The notes under the pieces were generated by a model. That model was not told the DNA's origin. It did no database searches and saw nothing but the letters and a program-made list of their open reading frames with translations. A stretch of DNA of 64,000 bases from Macrostomum lignano (lineage: Eukaryota): NCBI GenBank assembly GCA_002269645.1, contig NIVC01000052.1, forward strand, positions 496,001-560,000, in the 5' to 3' direction. Both the position numbers and the translations under genes were made by a program. Below, in pieces: positions 41,405 through 53,800 of the stretch; the stretch's first letter is position 1, and each line of letters starts with the position of its first letter.

Positions 41405-44130
41405 GAACTTCAGGAAGTGTCTATCAGAGCCGAGCCTGGACTTCACTGTGAGGACCTGAGCTCTGTTTGGACACTCTGGTACACCTCAGCGGATCAACGA
41501 GGCCGTGGAGGAGTTGGAGCACTGATCGGCCCGAGACTGCAGCAGAGCTATCGCTGCTCTTTCTTGTCCCCCGGATGCTTCGGGTAGACGTCCGGCTTCG
41601 CGGCCGGAACGCTTGCCTGTTCTGCGTGTACGCGCCACCTGCCACCCGCCCAGATGAGGCTCAGGACTTCTTCGAGCAGCTCTCTGCGCGCGTGGAGGAG
41701 ACTGCGCAGCGCGACACGGTGGTCGTACTCGGAGACCTAAACGCAGTTCCGCGTAGGTCCGAGCGGTCGCTGTTTGTGACGCCCCGCGAGAACGGCAACA
41801 ACCAGGCGCTGGAGGACTTCCTGGAGAGGCAGGATATGGTGTCGGCCAACACCCGCTTCCGCAAGCCACCCAGCAGGCTCGCGACTTTCGTGGGCTGCAA
41901 ACGGAGGTGGCAGAACGCGCGCGGCCGGTTTGCTACATGGAGGCTAGCACAGATCGACCACGTGCTTCTGCGATCCCTGAGCGCCGCCGCGCTGTCAACT
42001 GCCGCACCATCACGCCGCTGGCTCTGCGGTCTGATCATCGGTTTCTCATGTGCGACCTCGAGCTACGCAATCCGCTTTACCGTCCGCCAAAGCGGCCACC
42101 GCGGCGCTACTACCGCGCTCTCAAAGACGCCGGAACGCACTGCCACTTTGCTAGCAACTTCATCACTGCGCTCGGCAGCAAGCGTGGGGATGCCGAGTAC
42201 GCGGATGTGAGCGCCGCGGAACAAGCGGTCCCGTTGATGCGACCGGCCCAACGTGGGCAGCCGGTCTGGCAGGACGACCCTGTGATTCAGCAAGCGAGGG
42301 AAGATCTGGAGAAGCTCCGTCTGAGCAGGCGACCTACTCGCGAGGCGGAGGAGGCTCTGGCGACTGTCTATCTGCAGTGGCAGCAGGCCGCAGTTGATGA
42401 AGTTGTCCAGGCCGTCTCTGCCGCTGGGCCCGACGCCAGAGGGCGCGTGGCCTGGTCCGCCATTAACGCTCTGACGGCGGAAGCGGTGCATCCAACTGAA
42501 TCTGGCAGGCGACACTGCGGATGAGCGCAGGAACGAGCTGCGCGAGTTCTTCGCCGCCATAGTCAACGCACCGCCACCCCCACTGCCCAACATCCTGACG
42601 CTGCCACCAGAGACTCCGTTGCCGTCAGATGACAGTTTTAACGTTGCACCAGTCACCATGGCTGAAGTCGTAACGCTCGCCCAGAAGACGCCGGGCCGCA
42701 AGGCGCTGGGTCCGGACGAGGTGCCCATCGAGGCGCTGCGCATCTACTGTGTGGCCAGTGAGGTCGCCCGTGTGATGAACCGCGTGCTCTCCGGTGAGGT
42801 GGCACCCACCGAGTGGATCATGGCGCACATCATCGCCATTCCAAAGAAGCCGGGCACTATACGACTAGACGAGCACCGAGGCATCTGCCTGCAATCCTGT
42901 GCTGCGAAGTTGTTCAACCGGATGCTGCTATCGCGGTTGCAACCCGTGCTGGATCCTTACCTGCGACCTGAGCAGAACGGGTTTCGGCCCCACCGTGGCA
43001 CAGTGACGCAGATCCTAGCTCTTCGCCGAATCATCGAGGAGGCGCGCTCGCGCCAGTTGGACCTGATTGTTGTCTTCATTGACTTCATGAAGGCATTCGA
43101 CTCGGTTGCAAGGGCTGCGCTCCCACATGTGCTCCGCGCGTACCATGTGCCAAAACACCTGATCTCCGCCATAATGACATTGTACTGTGCTACGAGAGCA
43201 GCTGTGATGACGTCGGACGGCTTGTCGGACTCCTTCGAGACATCCTCCGGGGTGCTCCAGGGGACACACTAGCGCCGTTCCTGTTCGTCCTGGTGCTTGA
43301 CTGGGCGCTGCGGACTGCTCTTCCTACCGACGAAGACGGCTTCCTATTGCGGCGACGCGTGGGTCAACGTCAACTGGAGAAACGGCTCAGCATGCTTGGC
43401 TACGCCGATGACCTCGCCCTGCCGTTCTCCACCGTAGAGGGCGCCCAGCGCCAGCTGGACAAGCTGGTTAGCGCTGCAGCGAGCGTCGGCCTGGTGGTCA
43501 ACACGAAGAAGACCGTTGTGCTCTGTGGGCCGGGCGACATCGAGGCCGCAATTTCTGCCGAGGCGCTGACGGGCAGGTAACGGAGCTTCCGCGCTGTCAG
43601 CAGTTCGTATACATCGGCGGTCTGGTACCTGACGTCCGCGAAGATCTGCGGCGTCGCCGCGGGCTCGCTTGGGCTGCCTTTCGCTCTGTGAGGGCGGTCC
43701 TGCAGTCCGAGGCCCTACCTGACCGCCAGAGGGCGGCCCTGTTCCAGGCGGTGGTCAAGACCGTCCTGTTGTATAACGCCGAGACCTGGACGCTGACGGA
43801 TTCGCTCGAACAGCAAGTCAACGCGGCGCACGCTGGCCTGCTGCGCGCCGCCTTTAAGATCAACGACGAGCAGATCACTAACGCGGCACTGCTGCACCGG
43901 CCTGGCCCGTCCAAGTGAACTGCTGCGACTTCGGCGACTCCAGCTGGCAGGCCACATCATCCGCGCCGAGTCCTACTGCTCGCAGCCGGTGCAGGAGGTG
44001 CTGCTGCTAACGCTGCAGGCACCCTATCGGTGCGGCCAGGCCCGAACTCGGCGTTTCGTCGACTGCCTGCTGGCCGACGCTGGCGCCCCGGCAGTGCGGC
44101 CTTTGTTCGCGCCAAGGCGCTGTGACGCTG
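41405..44130 (+). mobile_element. Decayed non-LTR retrotransposon (RTE-like; APE endonuclease + reverse transcriptase), 5'-truncated and frameshifted
   Basis: APE motifs LQE, GRGGVGALI, CVYAPP, VLGDLNA, QIDHVL. RT motifs KALGPD, HRGICLQSCAAKLFNRML, EQNGFRP, FIDFMKAFDSV, GVLQG, LAPFLFVLVLD, GYADDLAL. These are spread over several reading frames. Confidence 0.92.
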
Positions 44131-44404
44131 CATTTTTCCACCTGACAGCGTATTTTGTTGTTATTGCTGCAACTGAGAAGACGGCAGCACACTGCTCACA
44201 TATGCATTTATTTTCGTAAAAATTAAAAGCTGAGTGCATTATCAAGAAATCATTTCCAAATGTCAATTCACTCAAGGAAAAAGTGAAGCAACACGACACT
44301 CAAAAAATCCTATTTGCAAAAGGATTATGATAAAGTAGGGAACAGCGACCGAATTACTCGTATTTCACCATGAAGCTATAAAGGCAGCTTTCGAAAAATT
44401 ATGC

Positions 44405-44609
44405 TAGATTAAATAAAGACTTTCCGTGACAATATTTGCGTTCTCCGGGATTTTATTTGGTAATATTCAATAATATCCCGTAAAGTCTTTATGTCTATGG
44501 TTTATACGAGATTACACATGGCTTTTTCGGGAGTTATTTTCATAAATCCCTCGGGCCTCAGGCCCTCGTGATTTATACAAATAACTCCCTCAAAAGGCAT
44601 GTTTAATCT
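44405..44609. repeat. Two adjacent imperfect inverted repeats (hairpins), MITE-like
   Basis: Arms 44405-44437/44472-44496 and 44509-44548/44570-44609. The second surrounds CTCGGGCCTCAGGCCCTCG. Confidence 0.6.
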
Positions 44610-44821
44610 GATACATAATGTATAGTTGCGTATGTGGTTTGAGAGATTGACAATGATTAAGTTTCACGAGTGGCGAAAAGCATCAACATTGTCTCATAGA
44701 TGTACGCTTTTGATCAGCGTTGAACAATCCATCATTGTTCTACAATGGAATGTAAATAAATTTTAGTCTATGGCCCACATCGACATTAATATGCACTGTA
44801 GTTTTTTGACCCCATAAAGAG

Positions 44822-44936
44822 GGAGACAGAAGGTTTAAGAGAGCTGAGTAGAAAGACAGAAGGTTTAAGAGAGCTGAGTAGAAAGACAGAAGGTTTAAGA
44901 GAGCTGAGTAGAAAGACAGAAGGTTTAAGAGAGCTT
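44822..44936. repeat. 30-bp tandem repeat, ~4 copies
   Basis: GACAGAAGGTTTAAGAGAGCTGAGTAGAAA repeated. Confidence 0.9.
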
Positions 44937-47805
44937 GCATCTTTCATATTCGCTAACGAAATCGCCATGGCTGACGCAGAGCCAACTACAGTGGCAGAAG
45001 TTCTGCCTCCTCTATTTAACTACGGAGCTATGCCGAATGGTGAGATTTCAGGAGTAACATCCGGCGAGTTCGACTTGATTTGCACGTCATTCGATCATGC
45101 CCAAGGTCATTAGACAGTCGAGATGCAGCGTACCGCTATAGATTCTCCGAGAAAAACTGCTAGAGGCTTTCGCCATCTTCTTGAGTTTATGTAGAACGTC
45201 AGTGAGAAAGCAGGCCTTACTAAGGTGTACACCGACCGCTGCATATGGTAGGTAGTTTGACCTGTACTTTTTCCCACCATATTCATAATGTTTCTCTGTG
45301 AACACATTTGCATCTAGACAAATCAGTTGCCAACTTTTCTTAAACTGCAGAGTAACTAGAGCGTGCCACCTGGATGCCTGTGGCCAGACTATCCAGGAGA
45401 TCTTGCTCATCACCGGGCGAAAGTGTGAGCGGACTGTTAAGCGCTACTTATCGAGGCGACGTGATCGCAGTTTGTATAGGGCATCTCTGGCTGTGGATCA
45501 GGCACTGAATCATACAGTTTCCGAAACTAATGTCAATAAGATCGTTAAGCTAGCTCGTCCAAAATCCAATCACAATAAGCGAGGCTATGATGGAGGAATG
45601 TGCGGATGTTTATTAAGAGCCTGTCCAGACCGACGGCGCACTACGTGTGCAGGCTGCTCCGTCAAAGAAGATGAAAGTGACCATTCGCAATCTGATCGAT
45701 ATTATTTTTGAGTGACGTTTCTGTGTAGGCCTGGTATTAACTGATTAACATACGATTTCTTTGTTAAACAGTTTTTGATGTTTTTCTAACATAAAAAAAT
45801 AAAATTTACCCTTTTTTAATGTTTAAATTGCCGTTGCGTGTTAATGTCCGAAATGACATAAGCAGGGATCTGTTTATTGGCATTAAGGCATTAAGGTAAG
45901 GGAAAAATAGGGGACCAGCATAGACAAATAGCTAATATCGAACAAGAAGAGTCTTGCCTCGACTAAACTGGGAGTCTTGCCCAAAGCACATGCAAGAAAA
46001 TTTAATACAGAACACCTTTTGTATGTTGAAGTTTTATTATATTTTGCTTGAAAAATTAAATTCTATATTGGTGTCCTGTCTCACTTCTTTAAAAGCTAAA
46101 TACTAGGATTAGGGCGTAGTATCACGAAACCTAGTGGCAGCAACCTACTAAAATCAAACCAGTTGAAATTCTAAAGAATAACTATAATGAACCAGTAGCC
46201 TAAACCGCAGGGTCCACGAGACCAATATATTACTTCGTAATCAGAAGCTAAGCTTAAAGTTTGTGCTTAATCTGCAAAGTCATCTTCACCTCTCCCCATC
46301 TTCTTACTTTTTCTTTCCAGAACAAGCTTCCGTTGAAATTGTTTGCCTTAAATATTTATGTCAAATTATCATCTGATAAAAGTAGTGGAGCTCTGCCAAT
46401 CGCTGGATTCTAGAGGATTTTGCTTACTTGACCGCAATTTCAAATGCTCCTTTTGATGGTAGACAAGGGCCGTGTTTCCTGTTGACAAATATTTAACAAT
46501 TTTCGGCACGCCAAAAGGTAAAAAAATCGCGAACCTCACCTACCTCACCTGAAAGACAGATGGCCACTCTAGATTAGGGCTCGGGCGCTGGCCCCGCTTA
46601 AACTGATAAATCACTGGCCATTTTAATGCAATTTGTTAGGGTTAATAATTAGTTAACCCTTTCGAACTTGGATTTAATCAGGCCATCAGCGTTGTTCATT
46701 CATGGAGTCTAAACGTAGCTATCTGGAATGGTTATGCTTTTTCTCAGACCAGTTTTGCATGTAAGTACAGATTTCGGAATTCATCTTATCTTTTTTTACT
46801 AATTAACGAAACTATTGCTCATGACAAAAATAAAAACAAAATACGTTGTCAGCCAGTCAAGCGGAGACAATGTCACAGGACGCGTTTCAGGGCCTGGGTG
46901 CGAACGTAGGACGCACCGCCGGCAGTGTCCAGGGCGCCGGCATCAGTCAGCAGGCAGTCGACTTTTTCGGGATCGGGTTCAAGACGGAATTCTGGAACGT
47001 GATTTTCGGGAATTCGCGAATTGTATGAATTCCCATAGAATTATGTATTTTAAACTCCGTATCCACACCTGTCTCTGACTCACAGCTGCAGCCAACTTTC
47101 GTTTTTGTTTTTTAGCGTAGCCAACAGTTAATAGTTGTTTCTCGAATTATGAATTTTTTAAATTTTCATTGACAAAGTATCACTGACTGACAAAAAACAA
47201 TAAAAAATTTGACGTGCTTAATTTAATTTGACATAAATTATGTATTGAACGGAAGCAAACCAATTGTTGGGCCACATTCCGATTTTTGGGCCACAACCCT
47301 ACTGCAAATATTTCAAGATAGCAGCAGTACCAGTTACAAATCATAACTACCGGAGCGAGTCTGTCACTGATATGTGATACTGTCTATAAATGATAGTGTT
47401 ATTCCATATTTGCCATTTTCACAATCGATGCTTGTTCATTTATATGAGGGGTCAAACCATGGCTCTACAATCAAAGGGTCACCGGGGGTGCAATACAAAG
47501 TTACTTAGCCAACACAAAAGTCGCGATGCAGTCTAATGAAAGCTTTTCATCGCCGCAGCTTTTGCATTCAACACGCGTGATTTTGGCATATTTTATCATT
47601 AAGATCGCACCGAGATGGCCTACCCCTGCTACGAGTACAACCCGAGGTGTGTCCAGGGCTCACAAAAAGCTGAAAACACGCGTAAACATGGCTATGGAAA
47701 TTTCCGGAGCTTCACGAGGTTCCTGGGCTTTAAAAGTTTATAAATATTATGCTGGTCAAGCTGCAGCACCGGAGCCCTAAGAAATTCTTGTGCAGCAACC
47801 AGCAA

Positions 47806-50800
47806 ATGGATTTGCTGCAACTGCTACTCACCGCCTTTCTAGGCAGCCTCTTGGCATTTGAAACCGGCTCTGCTGTAGCGGGTGAGTCTGATTGTTGACG
47901 CCAATATTTCAACATCCTAATGCTATGGACTGAGAACTGCAGCCTCTGATCAAGTCAGATTTGCGACTGACTGACTGACCGCAATGTGATTGTGGATGTT
48001 CTATTGCCCTCGATTTTTTAGCTCTTCATTTGTTCCACGATTTTCAGTCAAGAGTTCGGATGAACATTGCACAGTCATTTTTAAGATCATTGATGACTGT
48101 ATTTGACACTTTTATTCAACATCAGCTATCTGTAGTACAAGTGGATGTACTACAGATTTGTCTGCGTTCAAGACAGCAAGTTCAGTATAATCAGTCCGGG
48201 CCCTAAAGTCCGGACAACAATGATAATTTGAACTCACGTAATATTGGTTACATTCAAACACGAGCCCGCATCGAAATGAATGTTAAAAAGTTTTAATCAG
48301 TGTTAAGAAATCTATAATCAGAAGCTATCAAGGGAATATATGTATTGTGTTGCCATCATCAAGAACAGTCAGAATTTGGTTCCTGACGTTTCTCTGACGA
48401 TGATTTACTTCAATAATAGGTTAGGGCCAGCAGTAAATTTTTAGCAGTTGAAGTGTTGACTGACAATCAAGATGAGTCAATCAAAGTTTACAGACTCCAT
48501 CAGAAGTTCTAGACTGTTTTGCAATTAAAGCAGTTCTGTCAGCTCAGCTATGTTCATCCAAGTGCTGATGTGGTCCCTGATCCACAGTTTCAGTCCCGGC
48601 CGACACTGGCACAATTCAATGTCCGGAAAACTTTGGGCAGCCCGGCGCCGTCTATGAGAACTCCAAAGTCTACAACTGGACCATTCGCGGGCCGAAGGCT
48701 GTAGCCATCCGATTCCACTTTGCGGAACTGGAGACCCCATATGACCGCTTGGAGATTTTCGAGGGTACGGACGACCTCGAAGTATCGTATCGCAGGAATC
48801 CGAAATTCCGAATCAATCCGAATAACGCTACATCCCAAGCGCTTGTGCTCATTGCTCCTGTGCTAATTCGATTTAAGACAGATAGTAGCGTCGCAAAGAG
48901 GGGATTCAACCTAACCTACACGCTTGAGGAATCTTTGGGTGAGTAACGTTGTTGTCAGGCTACTGTGTCTGGCTACTGTCTGCATGTATTTAATGAAGGC
49001 TTCCTATACTGAAAAAAAGCTTGGATAAGTAGGATAAGTATACGTATTAGTATAAGTGGTAAATAGTATAAGTAATATCAAAGCAGTGAGCTGATAGTTG
49101 AAAAGCTACCCTATTTTCGCAATTTCAGTTCGATTCAGAACTTTCACCGAGCCCAGCGACGACGCAATCTGCTCAGAGCTGGAAGTCTCGGATCGAGACA
49201 CCAGCAATGTTAGCATTGAATACAGATGGCTCATTGACCGACCCGGGAGAATCGACCTCAAGCTGTCCTTCTCTGACCTCGCTCGGATCTACCAGATGAC
49301 GACAACCCCCGACAAGGAGCCCGTCTTTATCGACGGACCGAAAGAGAGAGAAGGGACGTCGCGTTTCCGACTGTTCGGCCCGGTGCTGGTGCAGGTTAAG
49401 AAGACACAGACAAGGGGACGAGTTTTTAGGCTGTCCTACAGAAGTAGCGACGGAGGTAATTCTAGACTTAAAGTGACTCACTAAAGTTTAGGGTGACTCC
49501 GTTCTTAGACTATTACAATGATAATTCCATTGTCGCTTCAGATCTGGAAATGCCTACTGAAATAATCAAAAATGAAGAAGGAAAGAGAATCTGTTACCAA
49601 AGTAAAGGTGCCGACATCGCTGTGAGCAATGTCACAACAAGAGCATGGTCTATCGCCGTGAATCCCCAGCAAATCGTTGAGCTCGAGCTATTTGATGCCG
49701 AGGGAAGCCAGCCTCATACGGATACGATAGGCGTGTATAATGGCGTTCGTCCTGTGCTGAGCGAGTCCCCGATATTCAGTCAGACTGGACTACTTGGTGA
49801 GAGGAAGACCGTGAGAGCGAACGGATTCGTCACTGTGGTGCTGACGACAGAAGCCAGACGATCACGACGTGGGCTCGGTCTCTCCTACACTGTGTACAGC
49901 AGTAAGAATCGTTTTGAACTATGATAATCGAAGTGCAACGAAAAGCTTAGCATATAATGTGATGTAGGGCATAATAGCCAAATGCATGAGTCAGGTAAAA
50001 GTGAAGCAGAATATACACAGTCAAGGCACTGACTACGCAAATTTCAGCAGCTCTGTTGGTAACTAAAACTAAATCGGTAATATTTTCTCACCTTCATTAA
50101 GCTCCTCAAGCGGAACCGAGTGGACAGATCGGGTTCCCGAAGGGCTCAGCGGAGTTCAACAGCGACATTGACTACCGCTGGTTCATTAGCAGAGACATCA
50201 GACTCAGCATCCGATTCGCCTCCATAAGCCTCCGTCCCAATGGCAAGCTGTACATCTACGAGAACACAACGTCTGAGGACGAAGCGGCTCTGAGATTCCT
50301 GGTGACCAATGCGAGCTCCAGAGAGTCGGAGTTCCGTCTGTCCGGTCCCGTCATGATTCGATTAGTTGCCAGCGGAGACGGTCAGTCGAGAGACTTTCGG
50401 CTGTCGTACGCAGCTGACCAGTCGGGCAGTGAGTGATAATTTCCTAAAAATTGAATTGTTATCTCTTTGGTGACAAGCATAGATATGCGATTGACGCAAC
50501 TGCTTGTGTGACACTGCAGATACCGACATGGCTGTTGAGCTGATTGACGGCTATCGAGGCTCGAGAGCTCTTATCCCCGAGAACGGGTCGCCTACTGCAT
50601 GGGTCATTGCAGCCAAGCCCGGGCGCTCAGTTCTGCTGTACCTGCCAGAGCTGCCAGTGGAGTCAGGAATCGCAATAAGTCTCTATGAGGGAGCCGTCAC
50701 CAGCTTGTCGAATTCTGAGCCACTCCAGCGGATCCCGTATGCGAGCATCGTCAGGTACAACGGGCCTCTCACTGTTGTTTATCGACCACGGGCTTCGAGC

Positions 50801-53800
50801 TTCATTAGATCTCAGCGAGAGTTCAAGTTTCAGTTAATGAACGGTAATGAATGTTGGCATTTTTATCTAATGATACAGTCTTTGTCTTCTATGAGTAGTC
50901 ATATTATTGCAAAATGCTATGATGCTTATTAAAATACTCAAAGCGCTTTCAGATTTTAGTCAAATTTTATTTCACTTGCAAGCAGCTAAGAGCATTTTTT
51001 CTTTCTTCTTTTCAGCTCAAGAGCCTCTCGTAAAAGACTCGGGTTCAATTCGCTGTCCTCAAGTGTCTGGTGAGACCTTAGAGAGCGAAATGGAGTACAG
51101 ATGGACAATCAACCGGCTTAACTTAGTTGTTATCGAGGTCTCAACAGTGGACATTGGGAGTGGCGTCATCGAGCTGTACGAGGAGGCCTATTTGACCGAC
51201 GAGCCACAGCAGGCCAAGCTGAAGTTCGTTCTGACTCAGTCGAATGCTACAGCACGGGAGGCCTACCGACTGCCGGGTCCAGTCATGGTCCGTTTCGTCC
51301 CGGGCAAAGATTTTGTTGGTCAGGGATTCAATCTGTCCTACACTACTAAAGAGCGGACTTGTAAGTCAGAATATCATTTCATTGAGTTATATCTTTTGGG
51401 TCTCATCAAATTGCCGATTCTTATCTCAGCATGTTCATTTCATTGAGTTGTGACTTTAGGGTCTTATCGAATTGTCGATTCTTATCTCAGTATGTTCATT
51501 TCATTGAGTTGTGACTTTAGGGTCTCATCAAATTGCCGATTCTTATCTCAGTATGTTCATTTCATTGAGTTGTGACTTTAGGGTCTCATCAAATTGCCGA
51601 TTCTTATCTCAGTATGTTCATTTCATTGAGTTGTGACTTTAGGGTCTTATCAAATTGCCGATTCTTATCTCAGTATGTTCATTTCATTGAGTTGTGACTT
51701 TAGGGTCTTATCAAATTGCCGATTCTTATCTTATCGAAATGCGACCATGTTGTTTGAAGATAAAACTTACGGTTTCACATGCATGTTTTTTCGAAGAAAG
51801 TATAAACAGTGCACAGCCAGTTGCATGGTTGTGAACTGGAATTTTGGCTCGTAGTAAACAAGTGGATTCTAGTGGATATCAAGAATTCCAGTTCTTTAGA
51901 ATTCTCTTTAAGCTACTAACTGAGAGATGATTATAGCTCGAATAAAACTTACTGTGTAAACATGTTCTCATTAACGTTTGCAGTACACCGAATATTCAAT
52001 TATGACTCCGGCAATATTTTCTGCCCCGAGACCGCACTGGTGAACTATGAGAAGTTCATGGACTATCGATGGACAATTAATCGAAAAAGCATCATCGTCA
52101 TTCGGTTCGACTTTATTGACATTCAAGACACCATCGAGTTCTATGAGAAGGTCGATGAGAGTGGAGAGCCAGATCGGCGGAGATGGAAGCTCAATGTGAC
52201 TCAGGAGGCTGCAGAAGCGTCGAATATTACGCTGGTCGGACCAGTGCTCATCCGGTTCAGAACGAACTCTCAAGTTACTGCTCCCGGCTTCCAGCTCTAC
52301 TATCAGGCTGGCAGCAAAATCTGTAAGCATCAATTCGCAATGTTTCCATGAAGTTTGTTAGCACATAATTGCCTAAAAGCTTTCAGTCTTTCTGGGAATA
52401 TTTTGTCTGCACATACTAAACAACCGCTTTTTACTCGTTATTATATTTTCCTTAAATCCTTTCAGTGGACAGTGGAAACCTTTCATATCCGGAGAACTAT
52501 GGATACTCTAAGTACGATAACAACGTTGACTACGAGTGGAGCATCTATGAGCAGAAAACGGTGGTGCTTACGTTCATTCGCTATGATACTGAGAGTAATT
52601 ATGATTGGATCGGCTTGTACGAAAACTCACCGGTGCATGAGAAGCCTGACGAAAATAAACGAAAGTACAGGCTTACAGGGAGCGGATACGGTGAAACATA
52701 CACCTTGAAGGGACCAGTGCTCATCAGGTTCAAAACTGACGGCAGTGGCAATCGTGACGGGTTTCGCATGACATACTATCTAGAAGAAACCTCAAGTAAG
52801 AAATAATTAGTATAGTATTTTTTTATCAAAGTTTGATTATACGTCGTAATTTGATTTTAATTAGAATTTAGAAGTTCATGATAGATTTCTGCATTTTCCT
52901 ACCTGGCTCGTTTCAAAAATAAAAAATTTATGCATTCAAGCAAACAGTAGTTCATTATATTTATATTTATGAAAGCTGCTTCATAAGACAAGTTAAAAGT
53001 TGAATTCGAACTTTCAGGTCTGTCAGGAGACTCGGGTGAAGTTCGGTGGGTGAACCCGCCATCATTCACCAAAGCCCAGGTAAACTACATTTGGAAAATC
53101 GACCGAAAGGCAGCTGTGGCAGTCAAATTCAGTGGGGTGGAAATCTCAGACTGCTGCGACAAAATCCAGTTATGGAGAAAGGACTCGTCAGCTGCAAACA
53201 TTACACTGACGAAGGGGAATGCTACTTCATCTACATACAGACTGATCGGACCTGGTATGATCAAGTTAGTTACAGCTGGTCGACCAATGCAAAGAGCTCT
53301 AAACTTTTCCTATGAAATAGGAGACCAATTCGGTATGCTGACGTCACTTTGATGTTTTTGATCCCATCTTACGCGTCTTTGGTATTTTCTATTGTCTGAA
53401 ATAATGCACGGTTTCTATAATATTTTAGTAATATCCAGTGTTCTGACACAGACTCAAGGTGAAATTGGAGTGCAGTCAAGCAACTTGAGGAATGCCATTG
53501 GGCTGGATGTCTGCGATACTGATGGCTACGACATGGAGATTGACCGAAGGTGGGTCGTCGACACAACAGCGGCGGTCAGCATTCGATTCGTGCAGGCTCA
53601 ATTGCTAAGCGGTTGCGACAAGCTAGAGCTGCACGAGAGGACGAAGATCCCAACTCCAAGGAGTCGCGTGTTCTCCCTGACTGATGCACCGCTCAGCAAT
53701 TTGATGTCTACCGAGTTCAAACTAAGAGGCCCAGCAGTTGTTCGGCTTCAATCGCGAAGGATGAGGCCGACGATAGTGCCGTTCGGGGCGACGTTCAGTG

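Noticed and set aside
46638-46660. AGGGTTAA...TTAACCCT resembling piggyBac termini
   Set aside because: No partner terminus was found for either end.
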